From NCBI GenBank assembly GCA_965235115.1, contig OZ249436.1:47742001-47806000 (forward strand): 64,000 nt of DNA, given 5' to 3'. Below are positions 1 to 27,100 of this stretch, one piece after another. Within the stretch, counting starts at the first letter, position 1. Each line of letters opens with the position of its first letter. A program made the translations under genes and the position numbers. The notes beneath the pieces are model-generated. The model was not told the DNA's origin. It ran no database searches and saw only the letters and a program-made list of their open reading frames with translations. This DNA is from Laetmonice hystrix. Its lineage: Eukaryota.

Positions 1-804
1 TTAATATCAAGCATATAATCTGTAGATTGCATTGCATCTCGGAAAAAATAGAATTTGAATTTTCCTTTAAATTTCTAAATAGAATTTGTCAAAAAAAGGA
101 GCGAAATGGAATTTTGCAGAATTTGCGATTTTTAGAAAACGGAATTTGGCAATTTAAGATAACACAGCAAGAGCGGGGTTCTACAAGTTCTTGTCTGCTA
201 GGGTCAGCTAACTACTTAGAATTACGCCATCTGGCAATGATTACCGCGCAGGAAACAGTCACTGATTAGGTGGAAAGGCAAAAACGGAAAACTTCCCTGA
301 TGGCCTTGCCCTCATTAACCCGCGCTCAGTACTACTTGGAAACAACGGGACGGATGCTAGACACGAATGACCTTCAGTTTCTATCACCTTTATACATGGT
401 ATCTAAAGATGGAAGGAATCTGAAGACCATTTTTCTGTCGTGAAACATCAGACGTCATCAATCACTTTGATTTTCAGAGTACTTAATCAACCGTGGACAT
501 CACATTTGCAAGAAGACGAGACTATGTTTTTCAGGTCCGAAAAAAAGTATTCGCGTGTTCGTCAGTGGGGAAACTGATGGGGAGGGCCAGTAAATGATGG
601 ATTGTCACATGGATGAAGAGTTTATGGCCTCCTCCAGGCGTGATATATTCTGAGAGACACAGGAGGAGAAGACTAAGGAAGTGGAGAGATAGCTACCATG
701 TCTCTGACCATTTACTTTCACGTTGACTTGGCTTCGTTTGGCTGACTGAGGATTGGAAGTAAACGGTACCACTGACACTATACATCATCTGCTTACCCGT
801 AAAT

Positions 805-2050
805 ATTACACTGACACTATCGAGTATCCTGTATGACACTGGCACCATATTACACTGACACTATCGAGTATTCTGTGTGACACTGACACCATATTACACT
901 GACACTATCGAGTATCCTGTATGACACTGACACCATATTACACTGACACCATCGAGTATCCTGTATGACACTGACACCATATTACACTGACACCATCGAG
1001 TATCCTGTATGACACTGACACCATATTACACTGACACTATCGAGTATCCTGTATGACACTGACACCATATTACACTGACACTATCGAGTATCCTGTATGA
1101 CACTGACACCATATTACACTGACACTATCGAGTATCCTGTATGACACTGACACCATATTACACTGACACTATCGAGTATCCTGTATGACACTGACACCAT
1201 ATTACACTGACACCATCGAGTATCCTGTATGACACTGACACCATATTACACTGACACCATCGAGTATCCTGTATGACACTGACACCATATTACACTGACA
1301 CCATCGAGTATCCTGTATGACACTGACACCATATTACACTGACACTATCGAGTATCCTGTATGACACTGACACCATATTACACTGACACTATCGAGTATC
1401 CTGTATGACACTGACACCATATTACACTGACACCATCGAGTATCCTGTATGACACTGACACCATATTACACTGACACCATCGAGTATCCTGTATGACACT
1501 GACACCATATTACACTGACACTATCGAGCATCCTGTATGACACTGACACCATATTACACTGACACTATCGAGTATCCTGTATGACACTGACACCATATTA
1601 CACTGACACTATCGAGTATCCTGTGTGACACTGACACCATATTACACTGACAGTATCTAGTATCCTGTGTGACACTGACACCATATTACACTGACAGTAT
1701 CTAGTATCCTGTATGACACTGACACCATATTACACTGACACTATCGAGTATCCTGTATGACACTGACACCATATTACACTGACACTATCGAGTATCCTGT
1801 ATGACACTGACACCCTATTACACTGACACTATCGAGTATCCTGTATGACACTGACACCCTATTACACTGACACTATCGAGTATCCTGTATGACACTGACA
1901 CCATATTACACTGACACTATCGAGTATCCTGTATGACACTGACACCATATTTCACTGACACTATCGAGTATCCTGTATGACACTGACACCATATTACACT
2001 GACACTATCGAGCATCCTGTATGACACTGACACCATATTACACTGACGCT
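805..2050. repeat. 44-bp minisatellite, ~28 copies
   Basis: Unit tgacactgacaccatattacactgacactatcgagtatcctgta; cgagta recurs at 821, 865 and onward (period 44). Confidence 0.95.
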
Positions 2051-3305
2051 ATAATTATATGAAAGTGTTAAATTACAGTTGACTACTATATTCAGGTGTT
2101 AAATTACACTGACACGATATCAGGTGTTTGTGGCTGTATTACATTGACGTCCATATTATACTGATACTACATGTATATGGCTGTATTACACTGACATTAT
2201 CAGGTGTATGGCTGTATTAATTACACTGACACTATTGCAAGTTAATACAACATATATATATGCAATCGTTGTTATTTTCATAAACTATTCATTTCAGCAA
2301 CAATATTTTAGGTGGGCTAACAGGGAGGAATAACCATCGGGCAACAACCATTGCTAATTATCACTTTAATCGTATAAATGTTTAGGACAACTGGAGCCCC
2401 CTAAACCCCCTTGATCTGCCACTGGAACATGTACACACCAAACCAAATCGCTTCCCCCTCGCTTGACAAAAAAACATCAAAAACCCCTGGCAGCCGCCGT
2501 ACACAGTTGTTGCCACCAGGCAGTACCTTGATGGTCGTATCGCTGCCGCTGTCCGGATCAAGCCGCAGGTGTGAAAACGATAGCACTTATTGTCTCTGCC
2601 ACTAATTAACTCACTCAATATGACCTCCTCAAGACAGGCGAACTCTTCACCACAGGAATAATTACTCGGGATCGGTTCTTAAAATAAACGGAAGAAACCT
2701 GACATTAATCAGGGATAATCTTCTATAGATACGATCGTGAATCCAGAGTCTTAACCTCCAGAATAACTGCACCTCCAGCTCCATTTTTGCGTAAATATCA
2801 AAATGACAGAAAAGTATTTGGAATTATTAAAAAGTATAATAATACTTTTTCATTATCGTAACCCGAAGATTTCGCTTCACTTATCACTCTGCATCTTTTA
2901 AGGCCTTTAGGAAATACTTAGATTGTCCTTTTTCATTTCACATGTTTCTAGTTTCAACTTAGAAATAAAATCCTTAAAACAAAAATAAAGAGGAGAAATG
3001 TCACGTCTTTATCCCTTGAATACTCCCATCACCCCCCCCCCCCCCAGGACACACACACACTGACCAGTCCTGCCTGGCCTCCAATACCACTGCAGCGGCT
3101 CATTGCATGCCGAACCGACCCGCATGGTCACCCCCCCCCCCTCCATGCCTCCACCCCCAGGTAAGTCCAGTCATTGTCTTTACCTGACCAATGCCCCCTC
3201 ACTCAACTCGCCAGGGATTAGGTACGTGTGCAGAGGCTGGGCCAAGCCAACCCCAGTGGCCGACAGGTACAGGAGTGTTCTCCCAACCTACCAGCGGCGG
3301 GAATT

Positions 3306-3460
3306 TCAACTAACATTCAAACCCATATTTCAACAGTTTGAATCTGAGCCAAGCTAACAGCTAACATTCAAACCCATATTTCAACAGTTTGAATCTGAGC
3401 CAAGCTAACAGCTAACATTCAAACCCATATTTCAACAGTTTGAATCTGAGCCAAGCTAAC
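3306..3460. repeat. ~54-bp tandem repeat, ~3 copies
   Basis: ctaacattcaaacccatatttcaacagtttgaatctgagccaagctaacag repeated three times. Confidence 0.9.
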
Positions 3461-4585
3461 AATACTGGGAGAGAAGATCTGTCAGTGAGCTTGTATATAG
3501 CATTCTTCAAGGAAAACATTTATATTATTTAACCCATAACAGTAACACTGCGCCTGAGACAAACTGGACTTAGTGAATATGTACAAGACAAGTGCTACCC
3601 AATCACACAGCATAGACAGGTGAGCAGACAAGTGTGTGTACCCTCCCATACCAGACGTTTGTAGTCTAAGAATACACTAACTAGATTAGAGGTATTGGAA
3701 GACGAAAAGATTTGTTTTAACCTCAACGTTTTTACTTCTGCAACTGACACCCCAAGTTTACTGGCTTGGAAAACAGCCAGATTCTGCTGAGTGCTCGACA
3801 TGACATAATGCAAGGACATAGAAATGATCCAGTGCCACCGTCGACAAACTGAATACGTCAGTGACTCAATTCCCTAGTCCCTGAATAATTAAGGAGGCAA
3901 TCGCATTTCCAAGGTACAATGGGACTAGAAACTGCTAATTTACGCTCACATCGGCCAAGACTTTATACTACTAGATAAAATCAATGAAAATTTTGCACTG
4001 TGTCAAACCATTTGAATGTGTAAAATATTATAAAGAGAACATTTGAGTGCCATGCACGTTCGATCATCATTTATCAACACGTTAACATTGAGTCTCACGA
4101 CAGGACCATCAGCGTTGGCCATAGTGCTTGTTATTATGCCAGACAACCTCAACACCCTCCAGACAACAATAATAGCTCCAGCTATCATAATCATCACACT
4201 GCAAACTACTGTACAACCTGCTACAGCCGCGGATTTCGCGGGGAGGGGGGGGGGGGGGGGGGGGCACTGGGTGCATGTGCAGCCCCCTTGAGTCGCCAGT
4301 TTTTTTGTTTTTTAAGTCATAAAAATAATTATAAGAACCAGTAAGTCAGTATGTCACACCACAAGGTGCTATTTCACGATTTATAAATGAGGCAAATGGT
4401 GATCAGCACACTAGGCCTAAGTGTCTCTTTGCTATCTACAAGCAGTGGTTACTGACAGATTTCAAGAATTCATTGTACTTAGGAGGTTTTTAAATCTTTT
4501 TTTTTTTGTTACTATATGAATTCATTACTGTGAGTGACCTATTTTAAAGACTCAGGAGGTTTTTAAATCTTTTTTTTTGTTACTA

Positions 4586-4777
4586 CCGTATATGTCCCTT
4601 TAGCCGCACACTACCTATTTGCCGCGCACCCCTGCATTTTTTCACACAAGCTGTGCCGGAAACCCGTATTCGACGCACCACCTAGTGTAAAATTTTGTAA
4701 GCTCCCGGCGCAACCTCCCTATTGCCGCGCACTGCTTTTCTGCACACGCACATGTGCGGCTAAAGGGACATATACGG
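4586..4777. mobile_element. Tc1/mariner(pogo)-type MITE, 192 bp
   Basis: Perfect 25-bp TIRs (ccgtatatgtccctttagccgcaca) and TA TSD at 4584-4585 and 4778-4779. The adjacent local duplicate (~4480-4552) shows the empty site. Confidence 0.9.
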
Positions 4778-5533
4778 TATATGAATTCATTACTGTGAGT
4801 GACCTATTTTAAAGACCATCCTAATGTGAACAATTGTATACTTTTTGAAATTTCAAAGATTTATGGACCATTACAGATGGCTTACACCTAAAATATTAAA
4901 AAGAAATTACTGGCGTGATTCATGACGCCCGTGGATAAGACCACTGGTGCGATCAGAATAGCGCCTACTGCAGTGAGTACATACTTACCTAACTTCTGAA
5001 AGACTGCAGTACTCCCAAGGGAGTCCTCAGCTGGGCAAGGCGAAGCTCATGCACAACTAACATGAACAAAACATTGAGACCTCCCTCTGGCTCTAATACT
5101 GTTTCGAATTTTCCTCTGTCTGGACTTAGTGGGACTGAAATAGCGGGAGTTCAAGTCACCCCCTGACGGGAGTGATTCACTCCCCTGAGGAGCAGCTGGG
5201 GAGTGATTTTTTTATAGCTCCCGTGGCAAATCCACGGGAGTGACTGATAGCTCCCACAGGAAAATCTCCTGACTGACACTGGTTTCCACTAACATGAGCA
5301 AAAAATAAGGTAGATAGGTTGCTAAACATGTATTTAATCCAAATGAAATAGCAGGGGGTTTTGACCTTCTAAATTCAAATATCTTCTGCCTTCCCCCCCC
5401 CCCCCATGCATGAACTATATTCTGACTTCACGTCATGACACTAGGTCATAACATATTGAACCCCCCCTTTTTCAAAAAGCTGGATCTGCCCCTGAAACAT
5501 ATAAATTTATTGTACCTATATTATTCCTTGGCT

Positions 5534-5880
5534 GGTGTCGCGGTCTGTTTTCTCCGCGGTCTGAAATCTCTGGGAGGTGGGCTGCAGAGTCGTGTGTATT
5601 TGTATCGTTCTCGGTAAACTATCCCAAATATCAGGTCTGGATTGAGTCTCACGTAATAACCCTTTTCTCCCCCGTCAGTTTGGTCCACAATTTGCCTAGT
5701 CAGGCTGTCGTTTATTATTGTTTGCAAGAAAACTCCACCGCCCATTAGCTAGCAGACGACCGGAGGTGTGAGCGCAAACTGCTACACGCGCGTGCTCACC
5801 CTGCCTGGGTCGGCCTCTAAACAATAGGAAACCATGCACCCAGAGATTACAGACCGGTGGAGAAAACAGACCGCGACACC
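5534..5880. mobile_element. MITE, ~350 bp
   Basis: TIR ggtgtcgcggtctgttttctcc..ggtctg.aatctctggg at left and its reverse complement at ~5839-5880; TSD unclear. Confidence 0.7.
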
Positions 5881-8525
5881 GGGCCTAATTACTGATAAAC
5901 TATTAGTAGTAGCACCGCCCCTCCGAATGTGATTCTGAATGTGTCAAGACCCTCTGCTTGGGCCGCTGAGGGTCTGGATGATCAAGACTGTCATCTCCTA
6001 TTCTAAAGTTACATATTGAACCAGCCTGTGAATCTTTTCACCTGACCACCTTTTTCAATTTCAGGCCTGCCCAGCATCAGGTAGGAAGATGCCTCTAACT
6101 GTCTAAGTTTTGAAAGGCCCTCAGCCTGGCTATGCTCACACTAGTTGTGTGAATACATCTACTGTTACTTTACTCTCCAGTGACGTAGCCAGGAATCCAC
6201 CAAAGGGGGGGGGGGGCAGGGTGCCAAAGGCACATCTCATCTGGGGGGGGGGGGGGGGGCATGCAAGTATGCCCTCCCCAAAAGTTTTGAAATGTAGGAT
6301 CCTATTTCATGCTATCTGATGCATTCTGCAAACAATAATATTTCAAGCTATATTATAGTATATAGGACTTACTAGTTAATGCATGAACCCAGGCCTACAT
6401 TTTCCAAACGCTGGGCCAACAAAGGGGGGGGGGGGCTTACGCCGGGTACACCATACTCATATAGTCATACTCATAGGCTATGCTACATCACTGCTGACTG
6501 CTGTCTCTGTGACACATTTTTAACCAACTGCCTAATATTGAGGTACCTCGGTACTTTCTGGGTACCGTACTAGCCATAATCCCAAATATCCAGAGGCAGC
6601 TGCCAGAGGACAGAGGTTTCCCAGTAGACTCTAACTGCGCTGCCACTGCGTGCACTGGACTGCCACCACGTCTACGGTCAGCAGAGCCAGAGGCAGAGCT
6701 GGGGATCCAAATTTGCAGTTGTGCTGACCCAAACTAACATTATCTTGAAACAAGTGAAAGTTAAAAGCTTCAAAGTTCTTGTTTGGTTCATTTGCGGTGA
6801 AATGCAGAGTGTCCATATGAAAGTGTTGAGCCCCTGTGTCCGCCTGCTGTGTGGTGAGAGTTGTACGCCTCCCATCCTCTCCGCAGACACTGACTGAGCA
6901 TCCGCTGCTGCATCACTGCCACTGAGCCAATGAGCAGGCAGATCTGTCAACGTTAGCGGGCTGCCTCTCAAAAACCAAAACAAGTTGTCCTTGAGATATG
7001 CATCCACACACACACTCATACACATAAGGAGGCTAACTCACCTTTCGGCTAGCTGATAAATACAGTGAATTTCCAACGGTAAGAAAATCCGTGAGTCCAC
7101 ACACAAAGCTGAGGACAAATTCTATGCGGCCATTATGACAAAACATAATTAGCCTAGAAGAGAGCAAGAGTTCACAATAAGATAGTTCTCTTCGTTTAAA
7201 ACGAAAAAAATCTAACGGAAGATACCGAATGAGATAGTAAATAATGAAATAAAGTTTAGGTTTGTATGTATATATACAAAATACAGTGCAAGGCTACGCG
7301 TTCCACAGAATGGCACTGGTTGGAGAGTATGAGGTGTGCACGCCATGCACCCAAATTACAATTACTGAAGACAGCGCCATCTGGTGGATAATAAATAAAC
7401 TGAATTGAACGATTGGTGTCTCCCCCAGTCGTACGGACCTGAAACCAATGCTACCACGCATTGGAACCAGATATGAAATACTCAAAACCTTCAGAGACTC
7501 TACTCCAATCTTTAATTTCTAATTCTATAACATTTTTTGCCCTCAAAATCCCAATAACATGAGCTACGCATGGTCAAAATGTTCATTTAGGCTCTAGAGA
7601 GTCCATGGCTCCCGCACGTCAAGTGGTTTACTTTAGTTTAGGAGAAAGTGCACCCTCCACCACAGATATCTAACCTATTTTTGTTTTTATAGCAGTTCGT
7701 GTGTAGAGGTATACATGTATAAATAATAATAATAATAAAAAGGACAAGACGAAGAAAAAAAATCTCTTCTTGTGTATTTCAGGCACAGATCAGACTTCTA
7801 CGAAACGTAGTTGACAAGCCATTCCAGTGGGAATGCTCCTGAAGGCCATGCGCAATGAATCATCGCTGCTCGGGGAGTGTCATTGAGCATCCTCGTGTAT
7901 AAAGTAAATAAACTCAGCTTCTTTATTGTTTCTCAAGAAATAGATTATAGGGCCTAGATCGTCAACATATATCTTTGAATGTAAACAAAACTTCCCTATC
8001 TTTTCTTTGTATGTTTCAGCTCATTATTAAAGTATTTGTTAAACATTTAAATGTTAATTATTTATTCAGTCACTCGGTCTCTCTACAACCAGAATGATAC
8101 ATTGTGTGTATAAGCCTATTGCTTACTTTAATCTTCCTCGCTTTTTAAAGATAACATGATACACTTCACCACTACTTTCTCGGCAGAAAGATGATAAGAC
8201 AAGATGTTCCTTCCATTTTATGCAGTTTTCTGACAATGCGTGCATGCCCATCATCTTGGACTCGCCTCGAGTTTGAATAATTTCATGGCATCACCATCCC
8301 CCCCCCCCCCACTCATTTTTCAATAGACAATACAACTCTGGATTTGGTAATGGGGTTTTGCAAATTTTTTTTATTTCCACTTCACATTCCCTTCTGTGGT
8401 ACAATGCCACTACTAACGACACCTGGCGGGCGCGTTGCTAACATAAGTTTGGAAAAGAATGTAATAATGGTTTGCGATGCACCAGTACGGTGAAGGCAGT
8501 GTACTACAACACTCACGTTAAGCAC

Positions 8526-8531
8526 TTTATT
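8526..8531 (-). promoter_or_regulatory. Probable polyadenylation signal of eEF2
   Basis: AATAAA on the minus strand ~310 nt downstream of the eEF2 stop codon. Confidence 0.55.
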
Positions 8532-8843
8532 TTTACTCCCTTTATAGCCAATCTGGGGATCCTTTGTTCCAAGTCGGAAACTTCACAATCCGTACTCTGT
8601 CCGCACATGTACATCCAAATTTTCCTCTTTTTTTTCTTTTTAAATGTGAAACTTTCACTTTTTCAAAGTCCACGAAGACAAAAGTATTGTATCAGCTAAG
8701 AGCACATTCTCTGGGTTGTTTTAATGTGTCTTACAAGTAACGGTTCTAATATGAGCAATAAATACACCATTGGGTTTTCCTCGGGGATGTTCGTGTCCTA
8801 ATGCCTGTCATAATTACATAATTCTTTAGATGTGCCGCTCTGT

Positions 8844-21789
<12,946 letters not shown>

Positions 21790-21840
21790 CTTGGATGTTT
21801 GAGTCTCTTTCCGACAACACTATCAAAGGATGGTTGTCTC

Positions 21841-21880
21841 AATGGCGGACTCGTAGAAAGGACCGACTCAGGTCACGTGG
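21841..21880 (-). promoter_or_regulatory. eEF2 core promoter: TCT motif/5'TOP start (TSS ~21860), E-box, YY1-like motif
   Basis: Minus-strand TCCTTTCT at 21862-21855, ~70 nt upstream of the ATG; CACGTG at 21874-21879; aatggcgg at 21841; CpG-rich surroundings. TCT/TOP starts are typical of translation-factor genes. Confidence 0.7.
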
Positions 21881-22062
21881 TTGATGTCGTCGTTGGTTTT
21901 CGAAAGCGAGGCCGGTGCGAGGTTTCCGCTGGTGGAACCACTCGCATGAACCAGTCAGACAGAATGACTCGCCGGCAGCCCGGCGTGGGCGGATTAAATA
22001 GTGGTTCTTCAGCCATGCATGTCGTTTAGTTACACCACATGAAGACATACTTAGAATCTGAC

Positions 22063-22780
22063 TGCCGGTGTGCCATGAAATATTGCAGTCATGAAATATT
22101 GCAGTAATGCGTCAAAATGCGGAAATATTTCACGACTGCGATTTTCACAGCCACATTGCCATTGCATTGGCTATGCCTATGAAATATTGCAGTCATGAAA
22201 TATTGCCGCATTGCGCTTTCGTACGGTACTGCAATATTTCATGACTGCAATATTTCATAAGCGGCATTATTCCATAGCTATAGGCTATGAAATATTGCAG
22301 TCCGTGGAATATTGCGGCATTTTATGACTGCAATATTTCATAGGCGGCATTAGGCCTATTCATGTCTATGGCCTATTCCATAGCTATCTCTCTAGGCTAT
22401 GAAATATTGCAGTCCGTGGAATATTGCAGTAGGCCTACTACTGTACTAGGCTATTTCATGACTATTTCATGAAATAGCCTAGTACTGCAATATTCGACGG
22501 ACTGCTATAGGGCCTAGGTATTTCATAGCCTATAGCCACATATAAAATATTGCAGTCAGGATAGCGTAGGCCTACTGCAATATTCCACGGACTGCAATAT
22601 TTCATAGCCTATAAAGCTATGGAATAATGCTGCCTATGAAATAATGCAGTCATGCAATACTGCAATATTTCATAGGCAGCAATATTTCATAGCTAGAGGC
22701 AATAGCAGCTAGTGTTCCGATATGCACTAAAAAACTCCCAAGAGAATTTTACGCAAAATTAACTGGCACTGTGGCAGGTC
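22063..22780. repeat. Array of direct and inverted gaaatattgcagt motifs, probably a non-autonomous foldback element
   Basis: Many copies of atgaaatattgcagtc / gactgcaatatttcat in both orientations; degenerate ctgcc...gtgcca ends. Confidence 0.65.
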
Positions 22781-24124
22781 TCGGCTAGGCTAGGCCTAAT
22801 TGTAATTCAGCAACACAAAATAGGCTTATATAAGGGCTTGTCTTATGAAATATTGGATTTCTAATTTGAAATAGGCATTATGTAGATACATGTAGATACT
22901 AGAAACATGAGAGGTGACCATTACATAAATTACATAGAGGAGTCTAGCCTAGGCCTACAGGCCTCCTAGATATTTTTTTTGAAATAGGGAATCTGTGGAG
23001 AATTGAGCTAGGTCTAGATACAAAATTAGATATTTTTGCCTAGCAGTGTTTTAATAGGCTAGTACTAATGCAATTATTCGATAATTGTTCTGATAAATGC
23101 CTATAGCCTACTGTCGGCCAACTTTACAAATTAGGCATCAGTAGAGAAAATTGAAATGGATTCTGCTAAAGTTTTCATGAGCTCTGATGGAAGATCTCAA
23201 AACACCATGTATTAAAAAAAACTGTAAAGGCCTACGTTTTATATTGCTATAGATTTTTTTGATCCCATATTGTTTTTAAAATATATTTTATAGGTTTTAC
23301 GAAACATATAAAAGACAACAGTATTTTGTTGAATAAAAACTTTATTAACATAGCTACATATAATTACTATACAAAGTGCGAAAATATGTTGAAATATGTA
23401 AAATTACTGTTTATCGGACGTTGCCTTATGTCAAAGATGTGAAAATGAAATATGTGATGAAATGTATAAAGATGCAGGGCGACTGTAAATAGCGGGTCTT
23501 TTCCTGATCAGTAAACTCCATATATAATATACGTTTATTACGTCCATATTGGCAATGGTAACAATGGTACAGTTATCATCTCTGAGATTAAGTATAGCAC
23601 ATATTATCTTTAATTAAAATCCCAAGAAATCGGTAACTGCATGCGTAGATTCAAGTACCGACAATAAATACAAAATGTTTAGTATGATCACACAGGCAAA
23701 TCACCGCCAAGGTGGACGATTTATGAACTGAAACATGCATGGTTAAACCCTTTTAAAGGAGAGTACTGCTTCTTGTAATCTTCTTAGTAGGAACACATCG
23801 TATAGGTAGGCCTATAGGCCGACCTAGTTAGTAACACGATATCATATCCCGGAAAACATCTTTCTGACCTAGGCCTATAGCAAAAATAGTAAAATGACTA
23901 AACATCTGGCTAGTGTTTCATTGAATACAGGCCTACGTAGTTTGCACCTGACTGACTAGGACCTGACTTACAGTACTGCTTCATAAATAAATACATAACT
24001 AAATCCCTTCGCTGATATGTCGCTTTGTTGCTCGCCAGAATCAGTCTTTGTGTGAATATATGGAGGTGTTCCGTTTCGTTATCACAGTCGTCAATGAGAA
24101 TTCCTTCCGTTTCTCCAAGGTCAG

Positions 24125-27100
24125 TTAATGTTTAGTACCAGTAATGTTCCGCCGGGGGGCGCCACTGTCAGGCGACCCGCCGAAATCCCTGTTGATGACG
24201 TCATCGCCGGAGAATGACCTGTTACCGTCAGAGAGTACGGTGGTGTTGAGGAGGTATGGCATGGCGGGGATGGGGGAGAGAAGTTCCCGCGTGGAGTTGA
24301 GTACCCGGTGCGGGTCGACGTCTGTGTAGGCGCCTGACGCCATCATCTGCTGAGCGCGAGTCTGGGACCTGGCGATGATCTCATTGATTTCTTCCATGCG
24401 TGACTTGGACCTGATCAAAGGACAGCGATATGTAGATCTACACCATATTATATCATAATCCAAGACGGAATGTGTGGGAACGCGCATACGGCGGCCTAGC
24501 CTTTGGGGGTAACTTAGGCCTAGATGTAATCATAGTTCTACATTCTTCAAGGATGAAACCTTTTTTCTAGGCCTAATTATAAAATGTTTCCTAGAGTTAG
24601 AAGTATGAACTTTAGGCCTATATCCTGTTGGACTCCCCCCTTTTCTCTTTTTCAGAGCTATAATAGGGGGCCTACTTCATTGCCCCTATACCTGTTGTTC
24701 TCCATTAAAGGCCGCCGCACACGAACATATTCGCGAACATTTGTTCACGAACAAAAATCCGCTCCGACAATTCTTGTTCGCAAACAAGACGAACATTTGT
24801 TCGGAAATATTAAACATGTTGAATACCGACGAACAATTGTTCGTTCGGCGTTTTGATCACCGCACACGAGCGGATTTTTGTTCGGGAACAAATGTTCGCG
24901 CAGAAATGTTCGTCATGTGCGGCGGCCTTAATTATAGCTCCTCGATTTAGGCCTACATCTTAAGGCCGCTGCACACGACGAACATTTGTTCACGAACATT
25001 TTGTTCACGAACAAAAATCCGCTCGTGTGCGGTGATCAAAACGCCGAACAAATGGGAACAAACGATTGTTCGTCGGTATTCAACATGTTTAATATTTCCG
25101 AACAAATGTTCGTCGTCTGCGGTGAACCACAAATTTCTGTTAAACATCTGCATGTCGAATACCGACGAACAATTGTTCGCAAACAATAATTGTCTGAGCG
25201 GATTTTTGTTCCTGAGCAAATGTTTACGAATATGTTCGTCGTGTGCGGCGGCCTTAATTAAATGACAGTCCCACTATGCGGCACCAGAGGGCGCTGCGCT
25301 TGTAGGCCTACCTGTCCTCAGTGCCGCCCGTGTTCCGTTTGCGTGCCGTCTGGAGTTGGTGCCGCAGTCGCTGGTTATCTTCCTCCAGTGAGGACAGCTG
25401 AGTTCGGGTCACTACGTGCATAGCTTGTTCCTGGTTCAGACGTGACTCCAGGTTCGATATCTATAAACGGAGGAGGAACAGAAATATATGTTTTAGGGGC
25501 CTGACCACGTGCGCCTTTTTAGGATAAAAATTATGACGCAGTGTGATAAAGTATACCAAATATTGTGTACGAGAATGATTGAAACTTCAATTATAGTCTT
25601 AATCTTGTTTTTCTTTATGCGTTAAACTTTCATATCTTTAGGCTACTTAAAATACCGTCACAGAATGGAGACATGCAATCAGAGCAGACAACAAAACCAG
25701 TGGCACATTTGGTTTAGAATTGTTCTCTTGTTACAGGCGGCAAACTTGATTCAAGTCAGTGACATAGTAACATTTCGAGCATCGATTTATTATTCTAGGC
25801 ACGTGCCCGGAGTGACAGGGTGCAAAGTACTTTCTATAGCACTCAGCGCAAAGAATATGACACACCCTATCTACATGTCATACTGAATAATACTTTTATA
25901 AGATATAAAAACCCCTCCCGACAAATTCAACAATAACCCCCATCCCTCAACTCACAAGAAAGCAAATAGCCTAGGCCTACATCTATTTTGTGTAATGACT
26001 AGACAAATTCTGGGGTTAGAGACGGTACTGATCTACAATAATTGTTGCCAGTTCCGTGAAATAGGAAACATTCAGGTGCTGTAACCGTGTCAGTCATTGA
26101 TCAAACCAATCATCGATGAAGAATTCCAACCGTGTGAAAACAGTGAACTTAGTTCACAAACCTCACCCGTCTGAACAACTGGTATTACATGATGTGAGAA
26201 CGTATGATCAACAGGTTCAGGTAAGGTAGTAATACTGCAACACTTGTTCAGTTAATGAGTACTTTTAACACATACGTCCAATTTAAAAGGCCTTCCACGA
26301 ATTCTTTGGAAGCGCAATCTCCAATGTGTCATTCCTCGTCAGAAACGTCATCTCAATACGATACTTGAAGTTCAGAGAATTTATATTCAATATCAGCACA
26401 CAGAACAAGGACACATTGACGTTTACTGCAAGAAACCAATGCGACATTAACTTCATATAATTTCATTTTATAAGGCGGGCGATGTGCTAATCTTGCGATC
26501 GCGGTGCGCCCACAGTCTACTTACGTTCGGTGTCCATCGTAACAACGCTCTTGGCCCAGTTTTTCAAAAATTGAGAATTTGTGAAAAACTGAGCCCAGGG
26601 CCCGGTTTCAGAAAACAGACATAACATAGGCACCGTCACTGATCTAGATAGATCACTATTTGTAGACACGTTTTTCTGATCAATTCTCTCAGAAAGTAAC
26701 ATTTTGTAAAAGTATTGACAATTTGCATCACGCGCTAGTTGCCTGTGATGACGTAAGCACGGGCGGGCGGGCGGGCCCTGGAGGGAAGGCGACTGGCAGA
26801 CAGATGGCTGGGAGAATTGGTCATTTTGATCACGGATTACAGACAGTCCTTCACAGAACAACGACAAATTAAAAGTATTATCGGGATCTGGTACAAAATT
26901 TCATGTTAATTGTGATGTCTGTACTACTTTTTAAGCTCTGCTTAGGACCTCTGATTGACTGGTCCTCTGCTGCTCAGCTTCAACCAGCCAATGAGAGGCC
27001 ATAAACAGAGCGTAATTTAAGATCCTTCTCTTTCTGAAACCGGATCCTTAATACTTATCCTAATGTGGTTATATATTATATTTTCTTGACGACACCTACC

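Noticed and set aside
805..2050. CRISPR-like appearance of the tandem arrays (also 35567-36730, 54650-55142, 58800-61492)
   Set aside because: No unique spacers, no cas genes, eukaryotic context.
7783..7915. Possible plus-strand last exon or SECIS (also exon-like 3048-3160 and ~477-770)
   Set aside because: No recognisable protein, the exons cannot be chained, and the hairpin lacks the apical AA of a SECIS.
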